Source of the DNA: a virus | Taxonomy: Duplodnaviria > Caudoviricetes | DNA length: 43,003 nt | Strand: one strand, 5' to 3' | Virus record (IMG/VR): IMGVR_UViG_3300036833_000180 | Coordinates: 1 to 43,003 of that record | In this document: in pieces, positions 9,016 through 17,664 of the stretch | How the letters are laid out: the number at the start of each line of letters is the position of its first letter | How positions within the stretch are numbered: position 1 is the first letter of the stretch | The notes under the pieces: generated by a model | Database searches by the model: none | Seen by the model: the letters and a program-made list of their open reading frames with translations, nothing else | Told to the model about the DNA's origin: nothing | Made by a program: the position numbers and the translations under genes

Positions 9016-9142
9016 GATCGCGCAGCGTCCGAGAGACGTTCAAGCGGGGACCCTCCTAATGTATCACATTAACAGTGATACGTTAGCTACGTGTCTAGCA
9101 CGGCACGCATTCCATGTCAAGTGAAAAAGTTGGACGGACTAT
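9016..9142 (+). repeat. 127-bp inverted repeat, copy 1
   Basis: Exact reverse complement of 42877-43003. Confidence 0.95.
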
Positions 9143-9165
9143 AGCTCTTTTGTAAAAAATAAACT

Positions 9166-9194
9166 CTTGACAGCCGTAGCGACCCCCCTATATC
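9166..9194 (+). promoter_or_regulatory. Sigma70-like promoter
   Basis: CTTGACA...CTATAT just upstream of ATG 9201, preceded by an A-rich UP-like tract. Confidence 0.5.
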
Positions 9195-9200
9195 GCCGTC

Positions 9201-9455
9201 ATGTCCAAGTGGGTCACATACCTGGCGGCGACGGCGTGGTGGTCGGTGATGCGGGCCGGCAACGAAAGCCTGGTCATCCTGTTCGTCATGATGCTGCTGC
9301 CGCTGTACATCATCAACTTCGACAGGAGACACCCCGATGAACATTTACCCCTTCGACCAAGTCGCCGCGCGGGTGGAAGAAATATTAAATGGCACATCTA
9401 CCGACGAACACTTCGTCGCCCTCAGAGCGCTTGCCGGCGGTGCGCCGAGGATTGA
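9201..9455 (+). CDS. Hypothetical membrane protein
   Basis: Hydrophobic N-terminal half, possibly leaderless after the promoter; the 3' part overlaps the next gene. Confidence 0.35.
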   Translation: MSKWVTYLAATAWWSVMRAGNESLVILFVMMLLPLYIINFDRRHPDEHLPLRPSRRAGGRNIKWHIYRRTLRRPQSACRRCAED

Positions 9456-9621
9456 GATATTTCAGCAGTTCGTCTGCGCCCACTGCCTGACCAAGCAGAC
9501 CATGCCGGACCCCAACGTGCTTTACACCCACGGCAAGTGCGAGGAGTGCCAGCACGTCACTGACATCAAAAAGAACGGCTGCAATTACGCCGTCCAGTAC
9601 TACGGGCACACGCCGGGATGA
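9337..9621 (+). CDS. Zinc-finger protein
   Basis: AGGAG RBS; CAHC and CEEC motifs. Confidence 0.7.
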   Translation: MNIYPFDQVAARVEEILNGTSTDEHFVALRALAGGAPRIEIFQQFVCAHCLTKQTMPDPNVLYTHGKCEECQHVTDIKKNGCNYAVQYYGHTPG

Positions 9622-9755
9622 CCGAGCAGCTGCTGACCTATTCGTGCATCGCCGTGATCATGTGGCTCGACGCCAGCGATGTGGTGGAGCTGATCGGTGG
9701 CGTGCTGGGCGCCTGGGCATTGATGACCGCTATCCTATGGCTGGTTCCTCAATAA
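9618..9755 (+). CDS. Small membrane protein (45 aa, not in the ORF track)
   Basis: MTEQLLTYSCIAVIMWLDASDVVELIGGVLGAWALMTAILWLVPQ; ATGA overlap with the upstream gene. Confidence 0.55.
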   Translation: MTEQLLTYSCIAVIMWLDASDVVELIGGVLGAWALMTAILWLVPQ

Positions 9756-10755
9756 AGCGCCAGCTAACTTGGCCCATACCGGACAAGCCGATGATGCTGG
9801 CGGCGGCGGGTGTGATATCGATGCCGGCGCCGTTCGGCTTCTTACCCTGGTTGGGGCCGCGCGGCAGCGTCATGTTATTCTCGGCGCAGGTCTCGGCCAG
9901 CGGCCGGCGGTTGTTCTCCCAATAAGGATCGTCGGTCAGCCACGGTCCCAGATCGCGGATTTTGCAAACCACTTCGCTGCCGTTGGCGAGGTTGCGGACC
10001 ACCACTTGCGGCCGCCAGTCCTCCGAGAACTTGAAGGGCAGCGCCACACTGGTTTCGTTATCGGTGATGACATCGTAAGGCGGATAGGCCGAGTTGTTTG
10101 GATCGGAGCCGCCGCCGAACACGCTGCATTTGATATCGGTGCAGTAGGGCGAGAACGCCACGATTTCGTCCGGTGGCGGCTCGACTGGAGGCTCAGTGGG
10201 CGGCTCGACCGGCGCTTCGTCGATGGTCTGGCCGCTGATGGCTGAAGCGATGGCGGCGCAGATGCCGGCAAACTCGGCGCGATAGAGCGCGGCGTCAGCT
10301 TGGCTATCAACAAAGCAGGTCTCAATCAAAATCGCCGGTTCTTCGGTGCCGTTAAGGAACGCCAGATCGGTGCGTTTCTTCGGACCACGGTTAATGAAAT
10401 CGCCAGCATCGCTGATTTTGCGGGAGACCGTATCGGCCAATGATTGCTGAGTGACATACAGGCATTCCGTCCCCATCGGCTTCGGTGTCACCTGATAGGC
10501 GTTGAAATGGATCGAGACATCCAAATCGCGGGTGCAGCCATTGTGAAAATTCACGATCCGATTGAGGTTCTCACTTTGTGTCGTCGACACGTCATCATGG
10601 AAGGTGATGACGCTGACGCCGACCAGCGAACGCAGATAGCCAGCGGTTTCCTCGACCACGCGGCGGGCCTCATTGACTTCGTCGAGACCCCAGGGCGGTG
10701 GTCCGGCAGCACCCCTGACGTATTTGCTGTGGCCCGAGCTGATGACGATCTGCAT
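9730..10755 (-). CDS. Endolysin: N-acetylmuramoyl-L-alanine amidase (Amidase_3) with a C-terminal DPBB/RlpA-like domain
   Basis: ISSGH, E, VSIHFNA and AILIETCFVDS amidase motifs; Pro/Glu linker; IRDLGPW and GIDITPAAA in the C-terminus; GGAGG RBS. Confidence 0.88.
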   Translation of the reverse strand: MQIVISSGHSKYVRGAAGPPPWGLDEVNEARRVVEETAGYLRSLVGVSVITFHDDVSTTQSENLNRIVNFHNGCTRDLDVSIHFNAYQVTPKPMGTECLYVTQQSLADTVSRKISDAGDFINRGPKKRTDLAFLNGTEEPAILIETCFVDSQADAALYRAEFAGICAAIASAISGQTIDEAPVEPPTEPPVEPPPDEIVAFSPYCTDIKCSVFGGGSDPNNSAYPPYDVITDNETSVALPFKFSEDWRPQVVVRNLANGSEVVCKIRDLGPWLTDDPYWENNRRPLAETCAENNMTLPRGPNQGKKPNGAGIDITPAAASIIGLSGMGQVSWRFIEEPAIG

Positions 10756-10877
10756 GACTGTGTTCCTCCATATCGAGACGCGACGCGCCCATTTCGGAGC
10801 GCGCCAGTTCTTGCTCTGCATCGATTACCTGCTTTACAAGCGGTAGGCGAGGTTGGCTGTAGCACGGAGCCGTGACC

Positions 10878-11027
10878 ATGCCACTACGGGGCAGCGTGAG
10901 TGATCGAATTAGCGAACTGACCCACCACGGCTCCAAGCCGCGCAGTCACCGCCAGATCGTCGCCATAGCGCTTAACAGCGCTCGCAAAGATCGGTCTAAG
11001 CGAAGCAAGCGGCGAGCGCGGCGCTAG
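10878..11027 (+). CDS. Small basic protein (49 aa, not in the ORF track)
   Basis: MPLRGSVSDRISELTHHGSKPRSHRQIVAIALNSARKDRSKRSKRRARR; GGAG RBS; resembles common small phage proteins with a Q.VAIAL..AR motif. Confidence 0.65.
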   Translation: MPLRGSVSDRISELTHHGSKPRSHRQIVAIALNSARKDRSKRSKRRARR

Positions 11028-11182
11028 TGGAACAGCTTGAGCGTGCGGCGCATGTCGGCATAGATGCGCGCTACCACCTCTTCGCGTTTATCCGGCGGCA
11101 GCTGCGGGCATTGCTTGCGGACATAGATGCGCGTCGCCGCCAGCAGCTCCTGTTCCCATTGCTGCAGCTCCCTAGACGACAT
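11024..11182 (-). CDS. Hypothetical protein (52 aa, not in the ORF track)
   Basis: MSSRELQQWEQELLAATRIYVRKQCPQLPPDKREEVVARIYADMRRTLKLFH; overlaps the HTH gene stop. Confidence 0.55.
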   Translation of the reverse strand: MSSRELQQWEQELLAATRIYVRKQCPQLPPDKREEVVARIYADMRRTLKLFH

Positions 11183-11474
11183 GGCCGCGGATTTCGTCGG
11201 CGGTGAATTCGGTCATGCTGGCCAGCCGCTTGGCCTGCTTTTTGTTGGGCCGGGTGGTGCCGTTGAGCCAGTAATAATAGGTTTGCCGCGACACCCCGAG
11301 CGCCTTGGCCTTGACCGCCACCGGATCGCCGGGCCGGATTTGATCGAGCACCGCCGCCATCGGCACTGCGGTCAACAGCCGTTGCACCTTCATGGCCGCC
11401 CTGGACACGGCGTCGTCCGGGCTCGACTTGACCAGACGCTTGGCCAGCCGCAGCGCCTCACTGGTATTCGTCAT
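11172..11474 (-). CDS. XRE/Cro-type helix-turn-helix regulator
   Basis: AKALGVSRQTYYYWLNGTTRP HTH motif; divergent from the + strand operon. Confidence 0.8.
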   Translation of the reverse strand: MTNTSEALRLAKRLVKSSPDDAVSRAAMKVQRLLTAVPMAAVLDQIRPGDPVAVKAKALGVSRQTYYYWLNGTTRPNKKQAKRLASMTEFTADEIRGHVV

Positions 11475-11488
11475 GTCCAATCCTGCCT

Positions 11489-11538
11489 CTTGACAATCAT
11501 GGGCCAAAACATATTACTGGACAGAGTGACCGTCAATG
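11489..11538. promoter_or_regulatory. Overlapping opposed sigma70-like promoters
   Basis: On +, TTGACA-N17-ATTACT; on -, TTGACG-N17-TATGTT; located between the HTH and HNH genes. Confidence 0.45.
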
Positions 11539-11552
11539 TGGAGAGACGTAAG

Positions 11553-11852
11553 ATGGCACCTATAATCCACGGGCATTCCGTGGGCTACCCTCCGACTGGC
11601 GTCTATGTGTCCTGGCTGAGTATGCGAGGTCGCTGCGAAAACCCATACAACAAAGACTTCAAATACTACGGCGGCAGAGGAATTAAAGTCTGCGGACGCT
11701 GGAGCAAGTTTCTTAATTTTTTAGCTGACATGGGTGAGCGACCACCCGGTCATACGCTCGAACGTATCGACAACAACAGTGACTACAAACCATCGAACTG
11801 TAAATGGGCAACGCGGCGCGATCAGCGGCGTAATCGGAGAGATTGGCCATGA
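11553..11852 (+). CDS. HNH-type homing endonuclease-like protein
   Basis: W.SM..RC.NP....[21 protein letters not shown]...TLERIDN...Y.P.NC.WAT signature; start at ATG 11553. Confidence 0.85.
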   Translation: MAPIIHGHSVGYPPTGVYVSWLSMRGRCENPYNKDFKYYGGRGIKVCGRWSKFLNFLADMGERPPGHTLERIDNNSDYKPSNCKWATRRDQRRNRRDWP

Positions 11853-12061
11853 TTAGCCAGTTCAGCGTCGGCACCAGCCGAACCATCAACCTGGGCAATT
11901 TCGAGAGCCTGCGGGTCGAGGCGTCGGTCACGATCGACTGCCCCGAGGATGGCGATTGGGTGCAGCTGCGGGCCGCGGCGCAAATCCAGCTACGCGAACT
12001 GCTGGAGGACACCTACCGGGCGCAGCATGAGGACCGCAGGAAGAAGCAGATCAGCGCATGA
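11849..12061 (+). CDS. Hypothetical protein
   Basis: RTINLGNFESLRVEA motif typical of small phage proteins; ATGA overlaps. Confidence 0.7.
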   Translation: MISQFSVGTSRTINLGNFESLRVEASVTIDCPEDGDWVQLRAAAQIQLRELLEDTYRAQHEDRRKKQISA

Positions 12062-12432
12062 ACCGGCTCAAGGAAATCAACGATGAGGTTTACGCCCGCT
12101 GGAAGGCCGGCGAAAACCATCTGGACTTGGCCGATGAATATGGCCGCTACGGTCTTGAGACACTGTTGCGGCGGCGGCTCTATGCCGAACAGCACGCCAA
12201 CGATCCGCGCGGTGAAAGCAACCAGGAAGCCCGCGCCCGAACCTGGCAGCGTAACGAGGATATCATTCTCAGCCGCGCCGCCGGCTCAACCTACAGCGCA
12301 TTGGCGCAAAAGTACGGCATCAGCCGCGAGCGGGTGCGGCAAATCTGGATGAAGCACTTGCGTAAGTCTCGCGATCCGCGTGGGCTCTATGGGCCGCGCC
12401 TCGCTGCTAAAATCAAACTGCGAAGAAACTAG
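12058..12432 (+). CDS. Sigma70 region-4-like HTH protein
   Basis: TYSALAQKYGISRERVRQI motif. Confidence 0.7.
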   Translation: MNRLKEINDEVYARWKAGENHLDLADEYGRYGLETLLRRRLYAEQHANDPRGESNQEARARTWQRNEDIILSRAAGSTYSALAQKYGISRERVRQIWMKHLRKSRDPRGLYGPRLAAKIKLRRN

Positions 12433-12434
12433 CC

Positions 12435-12746
12435 ATGAGCAAGCTGCCGGAACAGGTTAAGGCATTGCGCTGGGTACTGCAGAAGATCAGGCCCCACGCC
12501 GAATATGGCAATCAGCAGTGGGAGGACTGGAAAAAGTCGGCCTACCAAGAACCGGATCGGAGCAAATCCGAGGCGTATTGGGAAGGCTATCTCGACGCCC
12601 TTCGCAGCGTATGCGAGGACATCAATAAAAAACTTGAAGCGCAAGCGCGGGCGATGCTTACCCGTGATGAAGTGCTCGATCTGATGTTCGGAAAATTAGA
12701 CAAAACCAAGGAACCGATCAACCATGACAGCGAACATGACCAGTGA
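12435..12746 (+). CDS. Hypothetical protein
   Basis: ORF in a tightly packed operon. Confidence 0.6.
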   Translation: MSKLPEQVKALRWVLQKIRPHAEYGNQQWEDWKKSAYQEPDRSKSEAYWEGYLDALRSVCEDINKKLEAQARAMLTRDEVLDLMFGKLDKTKEPINHDSEHDQ

Positions 12747-13395
12747 CAATCTGCCGATGATAGCCGACGAAGTCCGCAACATCGGCGACGAAGCCGACCG
12801 CGATGCGGGGTTTCAGAAAATGCTCAAGTTCAAGAAAGGCGTCTATAGCTGCGACGGCGAGGAGATCGACCTAGGCACCAAGCTTATTGCTCACGCCATC
12901 GGCTGGGCCAAATGCTGGATCCATTTCGTCGACCAGAAGGTGGTCGAGCGCAAAATCTATCGGGTCTCCAAAGGCGAGCGGGCGCCGGAGCGCGACCAAA
13001 TCCCCGACAACGACGAGAGCCAATGGCCGATCGGCATCAACAAGCAGCCGGCCGATCCCTGGGTCTATCAGTACCTGCTGCCGATGGAAGACCAGCGATC
13101 GAACGAGGTGCGGATTTTCGTCGCCTCGTCGTTCGGTGGCCGCCGCGCGGTGGCCGACCTGTGCTCGGCCTACGCCCGTCGCGCTCAGAAAAAGCCCGGC
13201 ACCGGGCAACCGATCATCACCCTGCAGATGGTGATGATGCCGACCAAGAACTTCGGCGACGTGCCACGGCCGCACTTTGAGATTGTCGGCTGGGATGACG
13301 AGGCGCAGACCCCGACCCGCACGGTGTCGGAGGAGGTGCTAAAGAAGCAGGAATTCGACGACGAAATTCCTTTTAACTACGGCAACGAGAACTAG
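12724..13395 (+). CDS. Putative single-stranded DNA-binding protein
   Basis: LKFKKG.Y, DPW.YQY.LP and P.F.IVGW motifs with an acidic EFDDEIPF tail, as in phage SSB-like proteins. Confidence 0.65.
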   Translation: MTANMTSDNLPMIADEVRNIGDEADRDAGFQKMLKFKKGVYSCDGEEIDLGTKLIAHAIGWAKCWIHFVDQKVVERKIYRVSKGERAPERDQIPDNDESQWPIGINKQPADPWVYQYLLPMEDQRSNEVRIFVASSFGGRRAVADLCSAYARRAQKKPGTGQPIITLQMVMMPTKNFGDVPRPHFEIVGWDDEAQTPTRTVSEEVLKKQEFDDEIPFNYGNEN

Positions 13396-13405
13396 AGAGG
13401 CCGTC

Positions 13406-13828
13406 GTGGCTTTTTCGTTGCCAGAAGAATGGCGTGAAGTGCCAAGTGTTCCTGGCCTTCTTGCAAGCAGTGAGGGGTGCATTATGACCGCCCCTCATAC
13501 CAAACCTATGCCGCGAGGTGGGGAACGTACCTACGGTGGGAAGCCGTGGCTTGGCGCTTGGAGCAAAGAAGATAGCCGATACACCACCAGATTTCGCGGC
13601 AAGACTTATAGGGTTGCCCGATTGGTTTGTGAGGCATTTCACGGACCGCCGCCGTTTGTTGATGCAGTTGTCATGCACCTTAACGAAGATGGGTCCAACA
13701 ATTGGCCCGATAATCTTAGATGGGGGACGCAAAAGGAAAATCTGAACATGCCGTATTTTCTCGACTACTGCCGCAGCCGCACTGGCGAAAACAGTCCATC
13801 TGTAAAAGGCCGAAGGAGCAAGCCATGA
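13406..13828 (+). CDS. NUMOD4-HNH endonuclease
   Basis: EEWREVP...ASSEG N-terminus; VARLVCEAFHGPPP...VMHLNEDGSNNWPDNLRWGTQKEN. Confidence 0.85.
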   Translation: MAFSLPEEWREVPSVPGLLASSEGCIMTAPHTKPMPRGGERTYGGKPWLGAWSKEDSRYTTRFRGKTYRVARLVCEAFHGPPPFVDAVVMHLNEDGSNNWPDNLRWGTQKENLNMPYFLDYCRSRTGENSPSVKGRRSKP

Positions 13829-14118
13829 GCCTGCACAACAGCACGTTCCTGTATCTGAAGCCGACCGACAAGCAAATGGGCACGATGGATTTCGTCCGCG
13901 AAGCCTACGACAATTTCGCCAAAGTGCTGCAACAAAATTTGCCCGACGGCGCCGACAAGACCCACGTGCTGCGGCTCATTCGCACCGCGGCAATGTGGTC
14001 GCATGTTGCCATCACCCGCAATCAAGACGGCAGCCCGCGGGATGACATGACGCCGCCGAAACCGTTCGATCCGGGCGCGGATGCCGGCGCCTTCGCCTCG
14101 ATGGATGGCAAGCGGTGA
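13825..14118 (+). CDS. Acb2/Tad1-like helical-hairpin protein (possible nucleotide-signal sponge)
   Basis: F.YLKPTD.Q...M..VR....LPDGADKT.VLR..RTAAMW..VAITR pattern; AAGGAG RBS before ATG 13825. Confidence 0.5.
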   Translation: MSLHNSTFLYLKPTDKQMGTMDFVREAYDNFAKVLQQNLPDGADKTHVLRLIRTAAMWSHVAITRNQDGSPRDDMTPPKPFDPGADAGAFASMDGKR

Positions 14119-14122
14119 GCGA

Positions 14123-14305
14123 ATGGTCTATCTCCCGACTTGGGATTTGATTGAGGAACGTGAAGGGGTATGGGGCGGGGCAACGGCTCGCTTGGAAATT
14201 CCTGGCGGCTGGCTTTATCGCGTGATTGAAAATCGCGGCACCGACCAACCCGTCATGGCTGTGGTGTTTGTGCCGATACCGGAAAGGCGACCGGAGGACG
14301 AATGA
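14123..14305 (+). CDS. Hypothetical protein
   Basis: TARLEIPGGWLYR...VFVP motif typical of small phage proteins. Confidence 0.6.
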   Translation: MVYLPTWDLIEEREGVWGGATARLEIPGGWLYRVIENRGTDQPVMAVVFVPIPERRPEDE

Positions 14306-14478
14306 TCTTCCGTATCTACCATCAACAACAAGGCGGCCATGTTCATATGCGGGTGTTTGCCGGCACCCACGACGGTGCGCTTGGCAAGTGCGGCGATCTG
14401 ACCATGCGCGAGCCGGAGTTTGCCGTGTTTAAGCGTTGGCTTTATCCACGAGTGCAGTTTGTTGAGGAAGGAAAGTGA
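14302..14478 (+). CDS. Hypothetical protein (58 aa, not in the ORF track)
   Basis: MIFRIYHQQQGGHVHMRVFAG...GDLTMREPEF; GGAGG RBS and ATGA overlap. Confidence 0.65.
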   Translation: MIFRIYHQQQGGHVHMRVFAGTHDGALGKCGDLTMREPEFAVFKRWLYPRVQFVEEGK

Positions 14479-14479
14479 A

Positions 14480-14731
14480 ATGAACGAGGATAGCAACGAC
14501 CGCCTGAAAAAGTTCGAGAGTGCACTGTCCGATCCGATCGCCAAGTTCATACCAAAATCCAGTCAGCCAAAGGCGGAGCCGACGGTGGCGGTGACCATCG
14601 CCGCGATCCGGGATCAAGCCCACACTATTCTCAAGATGTGCGAAGAGGCCGAGACTGCCATCAATGCCAGCGAGGACAGCGCCCGCAAGGCGGCCGACAG
14701 CCTGATGGACCTGATTAAGCGCGTTAAGTAG
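14480..14731 (+). CDS. Hypothetical coiled-coil protein
   Basis: ATG directly follows the upstream stop; helical pattern. Confidence 0.6.
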   Translation: MNEDSNDRLKKFESALSDPIAKFIPKSSQPKAEPTVAVTIAAIRDQAHTILKMCEEAETAINASEDSARKAADSLMDLIKRVK

Positions 14732-14732
14732 A

Positions 14733-14969
14733 ATGGTTGGACAAGTGCCGACCGCGGCGAAGATCAAGGAGCTGCAACGCGAGTTGGCGGTGCGCCGCAA
14801 TTTTTATCCGCGGATCATCGCCAGCGGCAAGCTCGACAAGGCCGAGGCCGCCTACCGGCTTGAAGTGCTGGAGGCGATCCTGGCCGACTATAAACTGAAA
14901 CTGAAGCAAGAGCCCCTGCCGCTGTCGCGCGATCAGTACATCAAACAAAGCAATGGAGATTTCGATTGA
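14733..14969 (+). CDS. Hypothetical protein
   Basis: RELAVRRNFYPR.IA.GKL...A...LEVLEAILADY, a conserved-looking small phage protein. Confidence 0.7.
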   Translation: MVGQVPTAAKIKELQRELAVRRNFYPRIIASGKLDKAEAAYRLEVLEAILADYKLKLKQEPLPLSRDQYIKQSNGDFD

Positions 14970-15241
14970 GCGACATTCCGAGAGCACGTGAGCTGTTGCA
15001 AGAAATCGAGAGCATGACCGACTTATCGCAAATCAAGCGACAGGTGCGGCGGGCTATTGGCTTGATGACACGCGAGCGGGCAGTGCGCCGCGCGCCCAGC
15101 CGGCCAACGATCATCACTCTGGCGACGCGGAAGTATATTCGCAAGCTGGCCGGCACCGACCACACCCTGCACGAAATTGCCAATCTCACCGGCATCTATA
15201 ACATCGGCCGCATCAGCGAGGTGCTCAATGGACATCGGTAA
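14966..15241 (+). CDS. Putative HTH DNA-binding protein
   Basis: TLHEIANLTGIYNIGRISEVLNG; GGAG RBS. Confidence 0.65.
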   Translation: MSDIPRARELLQEIESMTDLSQIKRQVRRAIGLMTRERAVRRAPSRPTIITLATRKYIRKLAGTDHTLHEIANLTGIYNIGRISEVLNGHR

Positions 15242-15247
15242 CAACAA

Positions 15248-15973
15248 ATGAAAGTCCATCCAGTTGAACAGCGCACGCCGCAATGGTTCGATCTGCGCAA
15301 GGGCATCCCCTGCACCTCGGGCTTTGCCAACATCATCACGCCCAAAGGCGCGCCAACCGTCGGCGAGCGGCGGCGAAAATATATGTGCCGGCTGATTGCC
15401 GAGCGGCTGCTCGACACCGCCATGGGCGACAAGTTCGAGACCGAATGGACCTTGCGCGGCAAGGAATTGGAGCCGCAGGCTGCGGTCGCATTCGCTGCCG
15501 AGTTCAACTGCGAACTCGACGACGGCGCTTTTATCACCAACGGCGTCGAGACCGAGATCGACGAGATTGCCTGCTACAGCGGCGACGACAGCGTTGGCGC
15601 TTCACCCGATCGCATCTTGCGCGGTGTCATCGGCCGGCAAGGACTGGAGATCAAATGCCCGGCGCCGTGGACCCAGGTCGACTATCTGCTGCATGGTCCA
15701 GGCGCCGATTACAAACCGCAGGTCCAGGGCCAGCTCCTGGTCGGCGAATTCGAGGTGATGCACTTTTGGACGTTCCATCCGCAGATGCCGGCCTGTCATC
15801 TGATCACCACCCGCGACGAAGCCTATTTATCGCGGCTGGCGCGCGAGCTGTTCCAGTTCTGCGACGAGCTGAATGCCGAAACCGAGCGGGCGCGGCGGCT
15901 GGGCATCTTCGTCCCCGGCCACAGCTCGCTTTCGCCGGATGACATACCGGGGACATTTCCCTGGCTACAATAG
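15248..15973 (+). CDS. YqaJ / lambda-exonuclease family nuclease
   Basis: QRTPQWFDLRKG.P.TS, RGKELEP.A, GASPD, LEIKCP and Y.PQVQGQL motifs. Confidence 0.9.
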   Translation: MKVHPVEQRTPQWFDLRKGIPCTSGFANIITPKGAPTVGERRRKYMCRLIAERLLDTAMGDKFETEWTLRGKELEPQAAVAFAAEFNCELDDGAFITNGVETEIDEIACYSGDDSVGASPDRILRGVIGRQGLEIKCPAPWTQVDYLLHGPGADYKPQVQGQLLVGEFEVMHFWTFHPQMPACHLITTRDEAYLSRLARELFQFCDELNAETERARRLGIFVPGHSSLSPDDIPGTFPWLQ

Positions 15974-16017
15974 GGCCGGCTGGGGCGCGAGGGGATTGCG
16001 CCTATGGGAGAAACAAA

Positions 16018-17373
16018 ATGCGAAGAATTCTATTGTCAACAACCGCGATCATTCTTCTCACAGCATCGGTGCCGGCAGCTGATCAAACCTTCACTATGCA
16101 AGGTCAACTCATCATCAAGCCGGACAACACATTCACCATGATTGGCACGATGACGCCGAACACGCCGACACCGCCCGAGCCGCTACCGGTCGTGCCGCCC
16201 ACCGTGGCCATAACGAAGCCGGCCAGTGGCGCAACGGTCAGCGGTGCATCTGTTGCTGTGAATGCGACGTGCACGGTGCCGGAAGGCTCCCAGCCTTGCG
16301 TGCTGGTCGATTTCAGCATTGACGGCATCTACAAAGCGACCAAGCAAACCGCGCCCTACGACTACACGTTTGACACCACGACGGTTGCGAACGGCAACCA
16401 CATGATCAGCGCGAACGGCAAAACTGATCCGACGACGCAGACCAACCGCAATATCACCGTTGTCGTTAACAATCAGGTCACGCCACCGCCCGATGGCACG
16501 ACGGTGTTTGATTGGACGCAAACCTTTGATGCCGAGCCGGTCGGCTCGCGCGTGGATTATCCAACGCAGCGGCGCTTGTTCCCTACAGATTGGGGCTTCA
16601 ATTCCAACTATGTCCAGGCCAGCGACAACTCCTCGCCGTGCGAGTGGTACAGCGGCGGCAGTGGCTGCGTTCCGGCACCAAAGGTTCTGTTTAAGATTGT
16701 CGCCGACGGCAAGACCGGCAACGGTCTGGAGGTGCTGATGCCAAAGGACTCCTATGGCTATGCCCAGCCCGGAGCCGGTGTGCCGATGATGGTGAATGCG
16801 TACAACAAATCATTTAACACCTTCATGGTCGAGTGGGATGAAAAATGGCGAGCTGGCTTTGATCTGCACTCCATGGGCAAGATGGGTTTGTTGGTGACGT
16901 ACCGGCGCGCGAACCAGGAGATCTACTATGGTCCACAGAACATGTGGTACGCCTGTAGTCCGACACCGTGTACTAATCAGTTCTCGCCGGTGACCCTCAA
17001 CATGGGCGATGGTGGCGGCAGCGGCTCGACCGTCGAGCATCAGGTCTATCTCAACAACAAATGGTCACTCGACCGATGGTACCACTTCAAGATCGAGAAT
17101 GCCTTGGGACCGAACGGCTATTATAAGCTGTGGATTGACGGGCAGCTCTATGACAGTTACGCGCCCGGCGAGGTCAGCGGCATGAGCACTGGACAGACCA
17201 TAGGGGGCGGCACCAACAGCGCCACGAATAGTCGCAACACGCAGAACCCCGGTGAGTTCACAGAACAGCGGCTCGGCATTCAGCCGCACTTTGGCGGCCA
17301 GTACAATGATCGTGCCTTCAACGACAGCTACCAAGTTCTCGATAACATTCACATGCGTGGCTTCAATCGCTAG
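16018..17373 (+). CDS. Secreted protein with an Ig-like domain and a beta-sandwich (ConA / polysaccharide-lyase-like) domain
   Basis: Signal peptide MRRILLSTTAIILLTASVPAA; PPTVAITKPASGATVSG...APYDYTFDTTTVANGNH (Ig-like); GFD..GK, RWYHF, LWIDG and HFGG pattern. Confidence 0.65.
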   Translation: MRRILLSTTAIILLTASVPAADQTFTMQGQLIIKPDNTFTMIGTMTPNTPTPPEPLPVVPPTVAITKPASGATVSGASVAVNATCTVPEGSQPCVLVDFSIDGIYKATKQTAPYDYTFDTTTVANGNHMISANGKTDPTTQTNRNITVVVNNQVTPPPDGTTVFDWTQTFDAEPVGSRVDYPTQRRLFPTDWGFNSNYVQASDNSSPCEWYSGGSGCVPAPKVLFKIVADGKTGNGLEVLMPKDSYGYAQPGAGVPMMVNAYNKSFNTFMVEWDEKWRAGFDLHSMGKMGLLVTYRRANQEIYYGPQNMWYACSPTPCTNQFSPVTLNMGDGGGSGSTVEHQVYLNNKWSLDRWYHFKIENALGPNGYYKLWIDGQLYDSYAPGEVSGMSTGQTIGGGTNSATNSRNTQNPGEFTEQRLGIQPHFGGQYNDRAFNDSYQVLDNIHMRGFNR

Positions 17374-17379
17374 CGGAGG

Positions 17380-17664
17380 TCACCTCACTAGATCGATGCA
17401 GATGTATGCCGCCACCAGAAAAACAGTGGCAGCGAACATGAAGAAAATCACCTCTCTGTAGATCAGAGCCTTCTTCTCTCTGTAGATCATCTTTTCCACT
17501 CGATTATATGTGGGCATTGACCGTTGCACTCTGACCGCAGCTCTGATTTCACTTCCAGCATGAGAACGACAAAGAAGTACATCAATCCAACCAACACGGT
17601 CATCAAGAGAATTTTTGGCAGTGAAGGCTCGGGTATCATCATCTGTCAAAGTCCAGTTCGTCAT
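17380..17664 (-). CDS. Hypothetical membrane-anchored protein
   Basis: C-terminal TM helix; lower-GC segment. Confidence 0.5.
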   Translation of the reverse strand: MTNWTLTDDDTRAFTAKNSLDDRVGWIDVLLCRSHAGSEIRAAVRVQRSMPTYNRVEKMIYREKKALIYREVIFFMFAATVFLVAAYICIDLVR

